From: a virus
Strand: one strand, 5' to 3'
Virus record (IMG/VR): IMGVR_UViG_3300035661_000053
Location: 8,278 to 72,277 of that record
Length of the DNA: 64,000 nucleotides
Positions 36,555 to 45,617 of the stretch are shown here, one piece after another. A program made the position numbers and the translations under genes. The first letter of the stretch is position 1; each line of letters opens with the position of its first letter. The notes under the pieces are model-generated. The model did no database searches and was not told the DNA's origin. It saw nothing but the letters and a program-made list of their open reading frames with translations.

Positions 36555-36983
36555 TTACATGAAATATTTTTTGAAATCATCGTCAAGCAAGATAGCCTGC
36601 CTACAGATGTACCGTTTCTCTAACGTTGTGAAATGCATCGAAGGATTCGTAACCAAAAGCCATTTCTTCAGCATGTCTTCCGAGCTCATAAAAAGAACAT
36701 CGAAGGGCAGACCGAAGGTATCATTTATAATTTCTTTTATCTTGCTCGCATGATCATTGCACACAATAACAACACGGTCAATATTCCCATTCGTTAAATG
36801 ACCCTTCAAAGTATTGAAGACTGTGTGCGCGTGCTTAGATAATTCAAGCGTTGTCTTTTTCCAGAATAACCACTTTTTAGTGGTTGCGCGTATGAAAAGA
36901 GCATCAGCATCAATGCTAATCACCAAAAGTTCTGGCCAGACGTCCTGTGACAAATCATTGTTACGCATCATTCGACCCGTCAT
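36555..36983 (-). CDS. Hypothetical protein
   Basis: Co-oriented ORF in the replication operon. Confidence 0.5.
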   Translation of the reverse strand: MTGRMMRNNDLSQDVWPELLVISIDADALFIRATTKKWLFWKKTTLELSKHAHTVFNTLKGHLTNGNIDRVVIVCNDHASKIKEIINDTFGLPFDVLFMSSEDMLKKWLLVTNPSMHFTTLEKRYICRQAILLDDDFKKYFM

Positions 36984-37266
36984 AATGAAATATGCTATTT
37001 TGGCTATAACGGGGGAACAAAAGAGGTTCGTCTTTTACAAGACCAAATAAAACCCTTGATGAACCCAGCTGCACCAAGTTAAGGGTAACCCGAAAGGGAT
37101 TCGCATTAGAAATTCTGGCAGACAAGAAAACATTGTTCTTTACCGCGTCCCGGATAATATCCGTGAAGCGTATCTTTGTGAGGTTATCATTAAATAAAAG
37201 AATGATCTCCGTGTTGTTGTCCTGCAAGTGTTGAACCACACCTTGCACGCCCATTGTCTGTTTCAT
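36961..37266 (-). CDS. Hypothetical protein
   Basis: ATGA overlap with the upstream ORF. Confidence 0.5.
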   Translation of the reverse strand: MKQTMGVQGVVQHLQDNNTEIILLFNDNLTKIRFTDIIRDAVKNNVFLSARISNANPFRVTLNLVQLGSSRVLFGLVKDEPLLFPRYSQNSIFHYDGSNDA

Positions 37267-37541
37267 CTCTTTTCTTTCTTTTTTAATCTTTTATTCGCGA
37301 AAAAAAGTGCTATACTACCTAAAAAAGTAGTTCGTAATTCTGATATAATCCGTTCATTCTCAACACCTTTAAGCAAGGTCGCGTAAGCTGTCTGTATGTT
37401 ATCCCGAACAACAGTCCCCAGGTAAGCGCCTACCGTTTTTAATAAGCGTGCCTCCAAGTCAAGGATTGCCTGCAAATAGTTGCTGCCTGTTTCTTTTTCC
37501 GTTGCCGTTTCTTCAAGCTGTTCTGCCATGTTATAACCCAA
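37263..37541 (-). CDS. Hypothetical protein
   Basis: Co-oriented helical ORF. Confidence 0.45.
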   Translation of the reverse strand: MGYNMAEQLEETATEKETGSNYLQAILDLEARLLKTVGAYLGTVVRDNIQTAYATLLKGVENERIISELRTTFLGSIALFFANKRLKKKEKR

Positions 37542-37792
37542 TCAAATTCGTCTATTAAAATATCACTAAAAATATGGGTGCAAATAATTATATAACCCTT
37601 ATGATAAAAAGAACCTCTATGTCTCTTGACACCTAAACGTTTCATTTCACGTATGAAAGAAACGAGTTCATTTGCCGGACTCACGAGAAGGATAGCATTG
37701 CCTTTTCTACAGAGGTTAAGAACCTCAAGTGTTCTTTCCTCAACGTCGCTACAGTCAATTTCTCTTTCTAATTTCATCAACCTTCTCATCAC
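37439..37792 (-). CDS. Hypothetical protein
   Basis: Fills the gap after the DnaC-like gene; long overlap lowers confidence. Confidence 0.35.
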   Translation of the reverse strand: MMRRLMKLEREIDCSDVEERTLEVLNLCRKGNAILLVSPANELVSFIREMKRLGVKRHRGSFYHKGYIIICTHIFSDILIDEFDWVITWQNSLKKRQRKKKQAATICRQSLTWRHAY

Positions 37793-38354
37793 GTATTATA
37801 GAGCTCATATTCTTGCCCTCCAAATGATAGATGATGTACTCATTACTTATGAAATTTTGAAGGGATAAACTGTACATATCGCCTATCGTTGAGGTGGAAC
37901 CATTCGTGCAAATTATGGTTACTTTTTTATTATTGAACCTGTACCGTAGTAAATTCTCAAATTTTGTCTCAACGAAACCAGATTTTGAGCCCCTATATTC
38001 TTGTCCAAAGTCATCAATAACAAGTATGCGTACTGAACCGAGATACTCAACCCAAAGGACACTATCGTCTTTTCTTGCCTGCGTGTTGAAATAACCTTGC
38101 AAAGTCGGGGCATCAATGAAATGCACATAGGGCTCCTTCAAATCATTCTTGAAGAAATTTAAAATCGCATGGCAAATCCAAGTTTTGCCTACGCGATAAT
38201 CGCCGTAGATATAATAAGAAAGGCTATCCTTGTAGAGAGTCTCCTTGCTCAATCTACGAAAGAACCCTACCAATTTCTGGAGGGACGGTGAAGCCTCCTC
38301 ATGAAGAGTATCAAAGGAGGCATCCGCGTATCGCGCGAGCATACCATTAGCCAT
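37755..38354 (-). CDS. DnaC/IstB-like helicase loader ATPase
   Basis: ASFD, YGDYRVGKT, LVIDDFGQE, LLRYR...TIICTN. Start MANG at 38354. Confidence 0.85.
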   Translation of the reverse strand: MANGMLARYADASFDTLHEEASPSLQKLVGFFRRLSKETLYKDSLSYYIYGDYRVGKTWICHAILNFFKNDLKEPYVHFIDAPTLQGYFNTQARKDDSVLWVEYLGSVRILVIDDFGQEYRGSKSGFVETKFENLLRYRFNNKKVTIICTNGSTSTIGDMYSLSLQNFISNEYIIYHLEGKNMSSIIRDEKVDEIRKRN

Positions 38355-38558
38355 TAGATGTTCTCCTTCACCATGAGAGGAATAATGGAACCAAAAATAC
38401 AAGCTCGAAGAGCAAGAGCAAGGCGACCTCCTTCTTGCTCCCCATGTATGCTACTCCTTAATAAGCTTGTGCCCTCCGATTTAAGAAAATCAAAATCAAG
38501 GGCATACACCTTAAAAGTTGTCACCACTGAATGGTGTTGCATTTTGTGACCTTTCTAC

Positions 38559-38981
38559 TTATGCTTGATAGATTGTTACTATTGTTCGTGGTGTTACCTT
38601 ATCCAGAATGGAAGCATCCACACTATACCTTCGTATATTATTGTCGTTCGTGATCAGCCCATTATGCTGAAAAATATCAAAAAGAATTTCGATACTCGCG
38701 TCCGAGAGAGGGTTCTCATAACCAATATCAAAATGCCAATGATAAGTGCGTATGTCTAAAGGAAAAATCTTATGCCGTTCTTTGAGCCTACGAATTTGTT
38801 TCTCAACAAGAGTGACATATGATCGTGCTTCCTTTCCCAGAACAAAAGAAGACCCGGTGAAAGACCTTTGGTTCTTCATACTTGCCGGGGAGCCATACAA
38901 GACAAATCGCAAGATAATATCCTTATCCGATAAGTTTAGAGCCGGACTCAGAATCGGTTGTGTTAGGTCTTTTATATTCAA
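38559..38981 (-). CDS. rusA: RusA-like Holliday junction resolvase
   Basis: GSPASMKN, SDASIEILFDIFQ...ITNDNNI, PRTIVTI. Confidence 0.7.
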   Translation of the reverse strand: MNIKDLTQPILSPALNLSDKDIILRFVLYGSPASMKNQRSFTGSSFVLGKEARSYVTLVEKQIRRLKERHKIFPLDIRTYHWHFDIGYENPLSDASIEILFDIFQHNGLITNDNNIRRYSVDASILDKVTPRTIVTIYQA

Positions 38982-39279
38982 CAGAACTCCTCGTCTTTCT
39001 GCTCTTAGTAAAGTAATCGAAAAAACTCATTCGAAAACCAAAAATAATGGCCATTGTCGGGTACGTGCTGATGATGTTGAAATCATCTTTAATACTCGAC
39101 CATTTCTTGCATGTTTGATCAATGAGATTCTTGCACTCGGACAATGAATACTCGGAGAGCATATTTTTACAAAGAGTGACGTCTTTTATCGTTCGGTTAA
39201 TTCGTCTGCCGAAATAAAAGTCAATTTGCTCCTTATAATAAATAAATAATTCTACAGAAGGGGCGTATTGCTTAGACAT
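38923..39279 (-). CDS. Hypothetical protein
   Basis: Co-oriented ORF upstream of rusA. Confidence 0.5.
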   Translation of the reverse strand: MSKQYAPSVELFIYYKEQIDFYFGRRINRTIKDVTLCKNMLSEYSLSECKNLIDQTCKKWSSIKDDFNIISTYPTMAIIFGFRMSFFDYFTKSRKTRSSVEYKRPNTTDSESGSKLIG

Positions 39280-39601
39280 TTGCTACCTTTCGGGGAATTA
39301 TTTTCACAGCTGTCTTTTTGTTTTTAAAGTAGGCTTGTTCCTTGCCATTTACTTTGATGATACACTTTTCCAAAAGTGCATCGAACATCTCTTTCGTGCC
39401 GCCTTTCGCGATAAAATCCTTCTCGAGTTGCTCTTTAACAGCTGGCAAACCCTTTTGGAAGAACATTTGGTACGTCGCGTCCTTACTGTGAAGGATTCGT
39501 GCACCTAATTCCACGATAGCCAGAACTATCTCACCATTTACCTTTTTGGGTATCGTGATAGTCCTTTTTATAGTCATAGTATCCTGATATACTACAGGCA
39601 T
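39272..39601 (-). CDS. Hypothetical protein, first gene of the replication block
   Basis: AAGGAG Shine-Dalgarno with a promoter candidate upstream. Confidence 0.6.
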   Translation of the reverse strand: MPVVYQDTMTIKRTITIPKKVNGEIVLAIVELGARILHSKDATYQMFFQKGLPAVKEQLEKDFIAKGGTKEMFDALLEKCIIKVNGKEQAYFKNKKTAVKIIPRKVANV

Positions 39602-39639
39602 TTTGAGACTCCTTTTTAAGTGATTGAATTTTGTGGGAA

Positions 39640-39670
39640 CAAATATACGAGTTTTTATATAAAAAACAAA
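39640..39670 (-). promoter_or_regulatory. Candidate Bacteroidota-type promoter for the replication block
   Basis: TTTG-N19-TATATTTG on the minus strand. Confidence 0.5.
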
Positions 39671-39723
39671 ATTATTTTATATAATTTTTTAACAGCCTAT
39701 AGAGCCATTATAAACGTATTTTG

Positions 39724-40152
39724 TTAGATATTTGAGGTTCTGCTGAAAGCAGAAAGAGACGTGACAAAAAAGTCTATGAACATAGCCATATTGTAATTGT
39801 TTACAAGTTGAACATTGCTATCAACATAGTCTATCTCACTGATAGAGTAAGAGACACCACCAAGAACAATCTTGTCCTTTAATTTTGGAATATCGTGATC
39901 ATTGAACATTAAAGCTGGACAGACAATATGCGTCTCATGCTTTGTCCGCAAGTATCCAAAAATAGATAGATACCCTTCTACCTCCACCAAACCCCGGATA
40001 GGGAAGCTATGCTCAACAGAATGCACGCCATTCACCGCGCTGAAATAAACGGCATCATGGCCTTCATTCTTTATAAGGCTTATAACGTCTTGCTGGGCGA
40101 GGGACATTGTTTTTGCATCCGAAGTACGCAGAAGGATATTATCTAATCTCAT
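39724..40152 (-). CDS. Putative head closure/stopper protein
   Basis: Follows the adaptor; PKLKDKIVLGGVSYSISEI beta-barrel pattern. Confidence 0.55.
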   Translation of the reverse strand: MRLDNILLRTSDAKTMSLAQQDVISLIKNEGHDAVYFSAVNGVHSVEHSFPIRGLVEVEGYLSIFGYLRTKHETHIVCPALMFNDHDIPKLKDKIVLGGVSYSISEIDYVDSNVQLVNNYNMAMFIDFFVTSLSAFSRTSNI

Positions 40153-40913
40153 ATACTTATCGACTTCTTTACGCTTGATTGCACGCCGTTGTAATTTTCA
40201 ACGATCACGTTGTACCCGTAAGTCTTACCTGGAGTAACATTTGCATCAATAAATTCCGTCTGTGATAAATCCGTTTCGCTTGCAAACAAGTTAACAGTAT
40301 CGTCGACAATTTTTTGAATATATAATGCAGAAAAATCGGGGAAGAAACCAAGCAGCAATGTTAGCGTTATTGTGTGCGCAGTAGCGTCATAAGCGAGACT
40401 AAAATTAATCTTGCCTTTATCAGGGGCTTTATTGAATTCATAAGGCTCATTTGCACCAGTCCTATCATCCTTCTTGAACATGACAGACTGTGTTACGTTA
40501 GACACCGCGAGATCATCACCAGAGTCATCAATTAATTTTGACAAGGTTACTGTTAGGTACCTCGCGATATTAACCCATTCTGATGGTGGCAACCTTTCGA
40601 TGTTAGCCTCACGCATGTTATACTTGGCATAGCGAGCAGAGTTGATAGAAAGAACAGTAGCAAGCTCAATCCGTGCATGAAGCAAGATAATTATTTGCTG
40701 TATGGCATTGCACATTTCAATACTTGGTATCTTTCCTTTATAAACTGTAGCAAGTGACATTGTCAGCTCGTTAAGCAATTCATCATCAGACCAAACCTGA
40801 AGAGACGTGTCAGGTACAAGGGAACCCTCAATCGCGCCGGGCTTTGTAGGATTATCACCTATTTTTTGCCGCAGGAGATCAACAAGCTTTTCTGATATTG
40901 TTTGCGTTGCCAT
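40149..40913 (-). CDS. Head-tail adaptor with C-terminal FN3-like domain
   Basis: LRQKIGD...WSDDEL adaptor-type N-terminus; FIDANVTPGKTYGYNVIVENYNG is FN3-like. Confidence 0.6.
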   Translation of the reverse strand: MATQTISEKLVDLLRQKIGDNPTKPGAIEGSLVPDTSLQVWSDDELLNELTMSLATVYKGKIPSIEMCNAIQQIIILLHARIELATVLSINSARYAKYNMREANIERLPPSEWVNIARYLTVTLSKLIDDSGDDLAVSNVTQSVMFKKDDRTGANEPYEFNKAPDKGKINFSLAYDATAHTITLTLLLGFFPDFSALYIQKIVDDTVNLFASETDLSQTEFIDANVTPGKTYGYNVIVENYNGVQSSVKKSISI

Positions 40914-41287
40914 TATAGCGCGTCGCCTGATTCTCTAAGAATCCTCGCGAGTGACTGTGGTACCTTGTGAATTTTTTTCTCATGCAAGAAGCGAACGACA
41001 CCCGCATAAAAATGACGGCCAACATCTTTTTTCATGAGAATAGCTTCCATAGGTTCTCCGTCTGTGAAATCGTCCACGGAAGCTTCCTGGACATCAGGAA
41101 TCTTATCTTGTTTAGATTCAATAACAGTTGCTACTTCTGGGGTGACAACCTCCTCTGAAACAGCGTCTTCTTGTACTTCAGGAGCATCGTCCTGAGTGGT
41201 AAGAGTTCCGTCTTCCAGCTGAACATCATCGGTAAGTTCTTTTCCCACGGCGTATTTCCCGTCTTTTCCATTCTTATCTTTACCCAT
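40913..41287 (-). CDS. Hypothetical virion-associated protein
   Basis: Directly after the capsid gene; acidic linker and C-terminal HKVPQSLARILRESG. Confidence 0.55.
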   Translation of the reverse strand: MGKDKNGKDGKYAVGKELTDDVQLEDGTLTTQDDAPEVQEDAVSEEVVTPEVATVIESKQDKIPDVQEASVDDFTDGEPMEAILMKKDVGRHFYAGVVRFLHEKKIHKVPQSLARILRESGDAL

Positions 41288-41335
41288 TGTGGTAATCCTT
41301 TATGTTATTCTTGTAATAAAAATATTGTGTTAAAT

Positions 41336-41390
41336 AAAAAAGGTGCTCCTTGTGGCTACCTTGCTTACAGGTAAACACAAGTAGCACCTT
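41336..41390 (-). terminator. Long-stem terminator-like hairpin downstream of the capsid gene
   Basis: AAGGTGCT...CTTGTG...TACCT / AGGTA...CACAAG...AGCACCTT followed by a T tract on the minus strand. Confidence 0.65.
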
Positions 41391-41397
41391 AAAAGTC

Positions 41398-41570
41398 AGG
41401 GGTGCAGTCCCGAAGTGGCTTCACCCCCTCCTTGCGGATTATGCCCTCAGCACTGAGCATCAGGCAGTCCTCCTTCCAAAGGTTCGGAGAGTCTGACCAC
41501 GAAGTCCCACTCTCCTCTCCTACACGGAACCAGAACCAACAGCCGAACTGACGAATCCGGTTCAATGTGT
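41398..41570 (-). ncRNA. Candidate multi-hairpin structured RNA after the major capsid gene
   Basis: GC-rich non-coding stretch with six consecutive pairable stems (see findings); family not recognised. Confidence 0.55.
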
Positions 41571-41578
41571 TGAATAGC

Positions 41579-42610
41579 TTACGCTGTTTCTATAACAATA
41601 ATTTCCTCATTGTTAATTTTCCCGGCACCTTGAATTGTATAATACGCGATCGCGCGTTTACGACCAAAGGATGAATAGGAAGGGTCTTCCCGGAGTTCAA
41701 CCTCATACGCGATAGCCCAACCATAAGCGCGAGCCGAAATAAGAGCCGCCTTGTAAATAAACGGGGTGCTGAGTGATCCAGTTGCAGCCTTGTTCAGAGC
41801 GGCAGCATAGCTTGAGTCAGTAGGGTCAGCAGCTCCGTTAGGAGTGTTGGTAGTCTCGATGAAGCGTACTCCATTGTACTCCCCTATCTCGCCCTTGAAT
41901 ATCATTTCAGGATAAGCATATTGTTTAATAGAGTTAAGAGCATTTTTAAGAGCACGAGCCTGATGAGGATGAACAAAGCAAATGTAGAACTCCCCGTTCG
42001 CATCAGCAAACTTGAGCACATTTGCAGTATTCATTTGCTCAACAGCGGTATCAATATCATCCAGTGACAAGGTATTGACGACAGCATTTCTGTTCGCCGC
42101 TTTGTTAGCATAGATAACCTGTGTGCCAGAGAAAACGGCATCACGAAGCATATCATCAGTAACACGAGCATAGTCACGACCGAGGGAGATAGACGCGATG
42201 CTCATCTCATCCATGAAGGACAAAGAAAGCATTTTGCCTGTAACGCCTGCGGCGTTCATGTACTCCGTAACCTGAATAGGAACGGTAGTTTTGCTAAGTG
42301 ACTTGATGACAACATCAGAATCTTCAGCAATTGCACCGCCACGGGCGAGGTTATTGTACTTGCTGAACACAATAGTGTCGCCGGGCTGCGCGATAAGGTC
42401 TTTTTTCAAAACAGCAAACTGATCATACTTCAATGCAGGAGCAGCACTAAATAGGAGCTCATTCGTGTGCACCTTCAGGATGTTAGCTGGAATACCGGTC
42501 ATGTTATTTCCATCAGCGGTAGCCGTGTAACCCTGACGCATTGCAGGAGCCACCATTTTCATGAAGAGTTTTTCAGCACTTTTTCCGTGCTTCTTAGAAA
42601 TCAAGGACAT
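41579..42610 (-). CDS. Major capsid protein (N4-gp56-like)
   Basis: PGDTIVFSKY, FVHPHQ, GEIGEYNGVRFIETT, FGRKRAIAYY; follows the scaffold gene. Confidence 0.9.
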   Translation of the reverse strand: MSLISKKHGKSAEKLFMKMVAPAMRQGYTATADGNNMTGIPANILKVHTNELLFSAAPALKYDQFAVLKKDLIAQPGDTIVFSKYNNLARGGAIAEDSDVVIKSLSKTTVPIQVTEYMNAAGVTGKMLSLSFMDEMSIASISLGRDYARVTDDMLRDAVFSGTQVIYANKAANRNAVVNTLSLDDIDTAVEQMNTANVLKFADANGEFYICFVHPHQARALKNALNSIKQYAYPEMIFKGEIGEYNGVRFIETTNTPNGAADPTDSSYAAALNKAATGSLSTPFIYKAALISARAYGWAIAYEVELREDPSYSSFGRKRAIAYYTIQGAGKINNEEIIVIETA

Positions 42611-42729
42611 GTTATTTTCCTTTAAGTTATTTTAAGATGTTATAGATATTTTTTAGTAGCTATAACTTAAAGGACATTGAAATTTAGCGTGAATACTTTA
42701 CTATGAACAGTTTTGCTAATTTTAAGTTT

Positions 42730-43500
42730 TTAATTCTGTTTTAATTTTGCTCGTTCTGCTTCGTATACCTTGCTGAGCTCAGACTGCTTGCGTTGCTGAT
42801 AATCGAAGCCATTACGCAGTTTGCTAATGTCGAGCCGCTCAATGACCACAGGTGCTGGAGGTTCTTCACCACCTGGTACCTTTACTTCTGGGGCAATTTT
42901 CAAATTCGAACGTATGGTTGCCTCCATTTCAGAGTAACGGCTTTTCGCATTTTCAGCACTTGCCATAATTTCGGCTTCCGTATTTCCCTGAATAAGTTCT
43001 GGGAATATTTTTCCCTGCGCCTGCGCGATAACCGTCTGCTTCAAGGTCTCCAATTTCTGCTGATCAAATGCCTTCTTAAGATTTTCGTTCTCAATTTTTG
43101 TTTCCGTGAAGGCATCCTCTAGAGCAGCAAGTTTCGCGTTCATTTCTCTGGTAGAAGCTTCAATAGCTTCAGACGTTTTCTTGTCGAGCCCTTCTGTCTT
43201 CTTCTGTACCTCATACGCGTTAAGCTTTTCAGCAAGGTCTTTCTTTTCCTGCTCAAGAGCTGCTACCTTAGCATCAGACTCATTCTTTTTTTGAGCGAGA
43301 TTGTCTCGTTCTGCTTGAGCAGCCTGCGCTTCCTGTTGAGCCTTCTCAATATCAGTATGCAACTGAGATTTTGTCTGCGTTGCCGCTGTCTTCATTGCCT
43401 CCGTTGCGAGGTTGCGCACCTTTACGAGGTCCTCAGGTGTTACTTTCTCATCATCATACGAGTAATCAATACCTGCAATTTTTTCTGTCTTGATAGCCAT
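42730..43500 (-). CDS. Capsid scaffolding protein
   Basis: Coiled coil, IFPELIQGNTEAEI; between portal and capsid. Confidence 0.75.
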   Translation of the reverse strand: MAIKTEKIAGIDYSYDDEKVTPEDLVKVRNLATEAMKTAATQTKSQLHTDIEKAQQEAQAAQAERDNLAQKKNESDAKVAALEQEKKDLAEKLNAYEVQKKTEGLDKKTSEAIEASTREMNAKLAALEDAFTETKIENENLKKAFDQQKLETLKQTVIAQAQGKIFPELIQGNTEAEIMASAENAKSRYSEMEATIRSNLKIAPEVKVPGGEEPPAPVVIERLDISKLRNGFDYQQRKQSELSKVYEAERAKLKQN

Positions 43501-43611
43501 GTTACTTTTCCTGCGAATTTTAAGTTATTGAATGATTGTTTAGATTAAAAATATTCTACAAATAAAAAAAGGTGTGCATTAATGCAATCATCAATGCACG
43601 CCCAAGAAGAA

Positions 43612-43827
43612 TCAGGAAACACCGAGATTCTGGGAAGTACCTGCTGGTTGCTTGTTGTATGGCGTAGGAATTGCCCGGAGATCATCATTTTTTCCCTGCG
43701 GCATAGATTTCGTGGGAACACTTGCTAAATTGTTTTTCGTAACACCGCCGGTTACAGTTCTTGCTGCACCAACTGCATTAGGCGTGCCAGTTTCCTGAAC
43801 CTTAAAAACTGAAAAATCTTTCTCCAT
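43612..43827 (-). CDS. Small hypothetical protein
   Basis: AAGGA Shine-Dalgarno; hairpin plus T tract downstream (about 43565-43602). Confidence 0.55.
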   Translation of the reverse strand: MEKDFSVFKVQETGTPNAVGAARTVTGGVTKNNLASVPTKSMPQGKNDDLRAIPTPYNKQPAGTSQNLGVS

Positions 43828-43934
43828 GACTTGTCCTTTTTATTTGAGTTGTTAATATTTTCAAAGCAATAATAAGCTATAAAGTTTTATTAACGCAAAT
43901 AAAAAAATAGCTTACATAATTTTAAGCGCATGCC

Positions 43935-45614
43935 CTACTTCATCATGTTCTTCATCGCGTTATCATAAGTTTGCTGACTATGCACATCAGGATTTGTATT
44001 CATATTGGGTTCCTGCGTTTTTCTTGTTGCATTCGTGACAACAGTGTCACCCGCGAGAGAAGCCGCTTGTGCCATATCGTCACGAATTTCTTTTTCAATT
44101 TCCTTAGACTCAATATCAGTGATACCAATGTATGCACGAGCATAACGAGTAGACCACAAGCCTCCCGCAACCATATTTATCGCCATGTCAGCATCTAACT
44201 TTTCATCTCTTGGCATGGGGTTCTGCCACGTGATATAAGACTCGTATAACTCCGTGGGTATATCGTCATCTTGTATCATAGCAAGAGAATCATACTGAGT
44301 AAGATTGTCTTCTTCTATTGGACTTTCAAAAGGATAATTCTGTTTTCTCGTTATCTCATCATAATTGCTGTAAGCTTTATTGAATTGGTCAAGAGCCTCT
44401 TTTATTATAGCTCCCGGCTTTAGTGTACCCTTCAAAAAAGCAATTTTCAGAATTGTCTTATTCATTTCAAGAAAGCCTGCCCCGTAAGTAATTCTCTTTT
44501 GCTCCATGACTTCAATCATGGGCATATACTGAAGAGCCACCGCGATACCTGCCGTGTTAGAGATACTCGTGGGATTGCGCACTGCAATGGAAGGTATTCT
44601 TGCTTGCGAAAGAATAGCTTCTTCGAGTCTTGCAAGATGCGCAGACGCCGCTTCGAGATCAGAGTTAAGCATGAGGTTATTTATCGTTGCTCCCGCGGGT
44701 AACGACCACACGCGATTAGCCCCCCTTTGCAGGTCAGAGGCTTTTGCACCAATAATCACAGTTACGGGAGAAGCGTGATACTCGATAGTTTGCTGGATAT
44801 TCTGGAGGGCTTCATCGTATTTCTTGCTGAGATCATTTGAACCAACGAGATCAGAGACACCAAAATAATCAAAAGCGAGGGGACTGTTCCTGAAATGCAC
44901 AATAGGAATATTTGGTAGCACGTAACTCTCTGGGTCACTTGCAGGTTTATCCTCCATCAATTGCTGTCTCGCTCCAGGAGTATAGTAATACCCCGTTTGC
45001 AATTCCCCGTATTCAGAAAAACCAAAATTTGCTTTCGTGACAATTTCCTCGGTACCATAATAGAGGAAAGAGTGTAATTTGCCACGATCTAAAATGGGAA
45101 AGCATTTCAAGGGGTTCAGCAATTCAAACAAAACGTCCTTCTGGTCTTCAAGTATCAATATCCAACCATCACCAGTGATACCTCCAACAAGACCGAGCTC
45201 CAAACCCAATTCATTATTTTCACGATTGCCGAGTTTGTTTCTCTTGTACTGCCTTTGTAACCAGCGTTCTGTCGAGGGAAAATCCGTCGCCACGAGGAAA
45301 CCTTTATTCATGAGGAAAGCAAGATGCTTGTCAACAATAATTTTAGAGTAATTCTTCTCAATAAACCTGTTTTTGTACGTGACACCTCGAGCCTCTATCT
45401 GATTCCAATGATGCCCTATATACATGTTAAAATTTTCCACGTACGAGTTGAGCCGTTGTTGGTGTCGTTGCACGAGTTGCTGATATAGAGTTTTTGAAAC
45501 CTCCGTGTCAACCTCCATATTCTGTGCCTTCATAAACGTGGAATTACGGAAATCAAAACCACGACTCATGACATTTGGGTAATCGGTTAGTCTCTTAGCT
45601 AAACCTCTTAGCAT
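43935..45614 (-). CDS. Portal protein (SPP1-like)
   Basis: NYSKIIVD, GITGDG, IPIVHFRN...FGVSDL, AGIAVAL; directly follows TerL. Confidence 0.9.
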   Translation of the reverse strand: MLRGLAKRLTDYPNVMSRGFDFRNSTFMKAQNMEVDTEVSKTLYQQLVQRHQQRLNSYVENFNMYIGHHWNQIEARGVTYKNRFIEKNYSKIIVDKHLAFLMNKGFLVATDFPSTERWLQRQYKRNKLGNRENNELGLELGLVGGITGDGWILILEDQKDVLFELLNPLKCFPILDRGKLHSFLYYGTEEIVTKANFGFSEYGELQTGYYYTPGARQQLMEDKPASDPESYVLPNIPIVHFRNSPLAFDYFGVSDLVGSNDLSKKYDEALQNIQQTIEYHASPVTVIIGAKASDLQRGANRVWSLPAGATINNLMLNSDLEAASAHLARLEEAILSQARIPSIAVRNPTSISNTAGIAVALQYMPMIEVMEQKRITYGAGFLEMNKTILKIAFLKGTLKPGAIIKEALDQFNKAYSNYDEITRKQNYPFESPIEEDNLTQYDSLAMIQDDDIPTELYESYITWQNPMPRDEKLDADMAINMVAGGLWSTRYARAYIGITDIESKEIEKEIRDDMAQAASLAGDTVVTNATRKTQEPNMNTNPDVHSQQTYDNAMKNMMK

Positions 45615-45617
45615 CTT

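Noticed and set aside
41440-41470. CUGAUG in the capsid-downstream RNA as a hammerhead ribozyme core
   Set aside because: Reads CUGAUGC rather than CUGAUGA, and no GAAA follows the adjacent stem.
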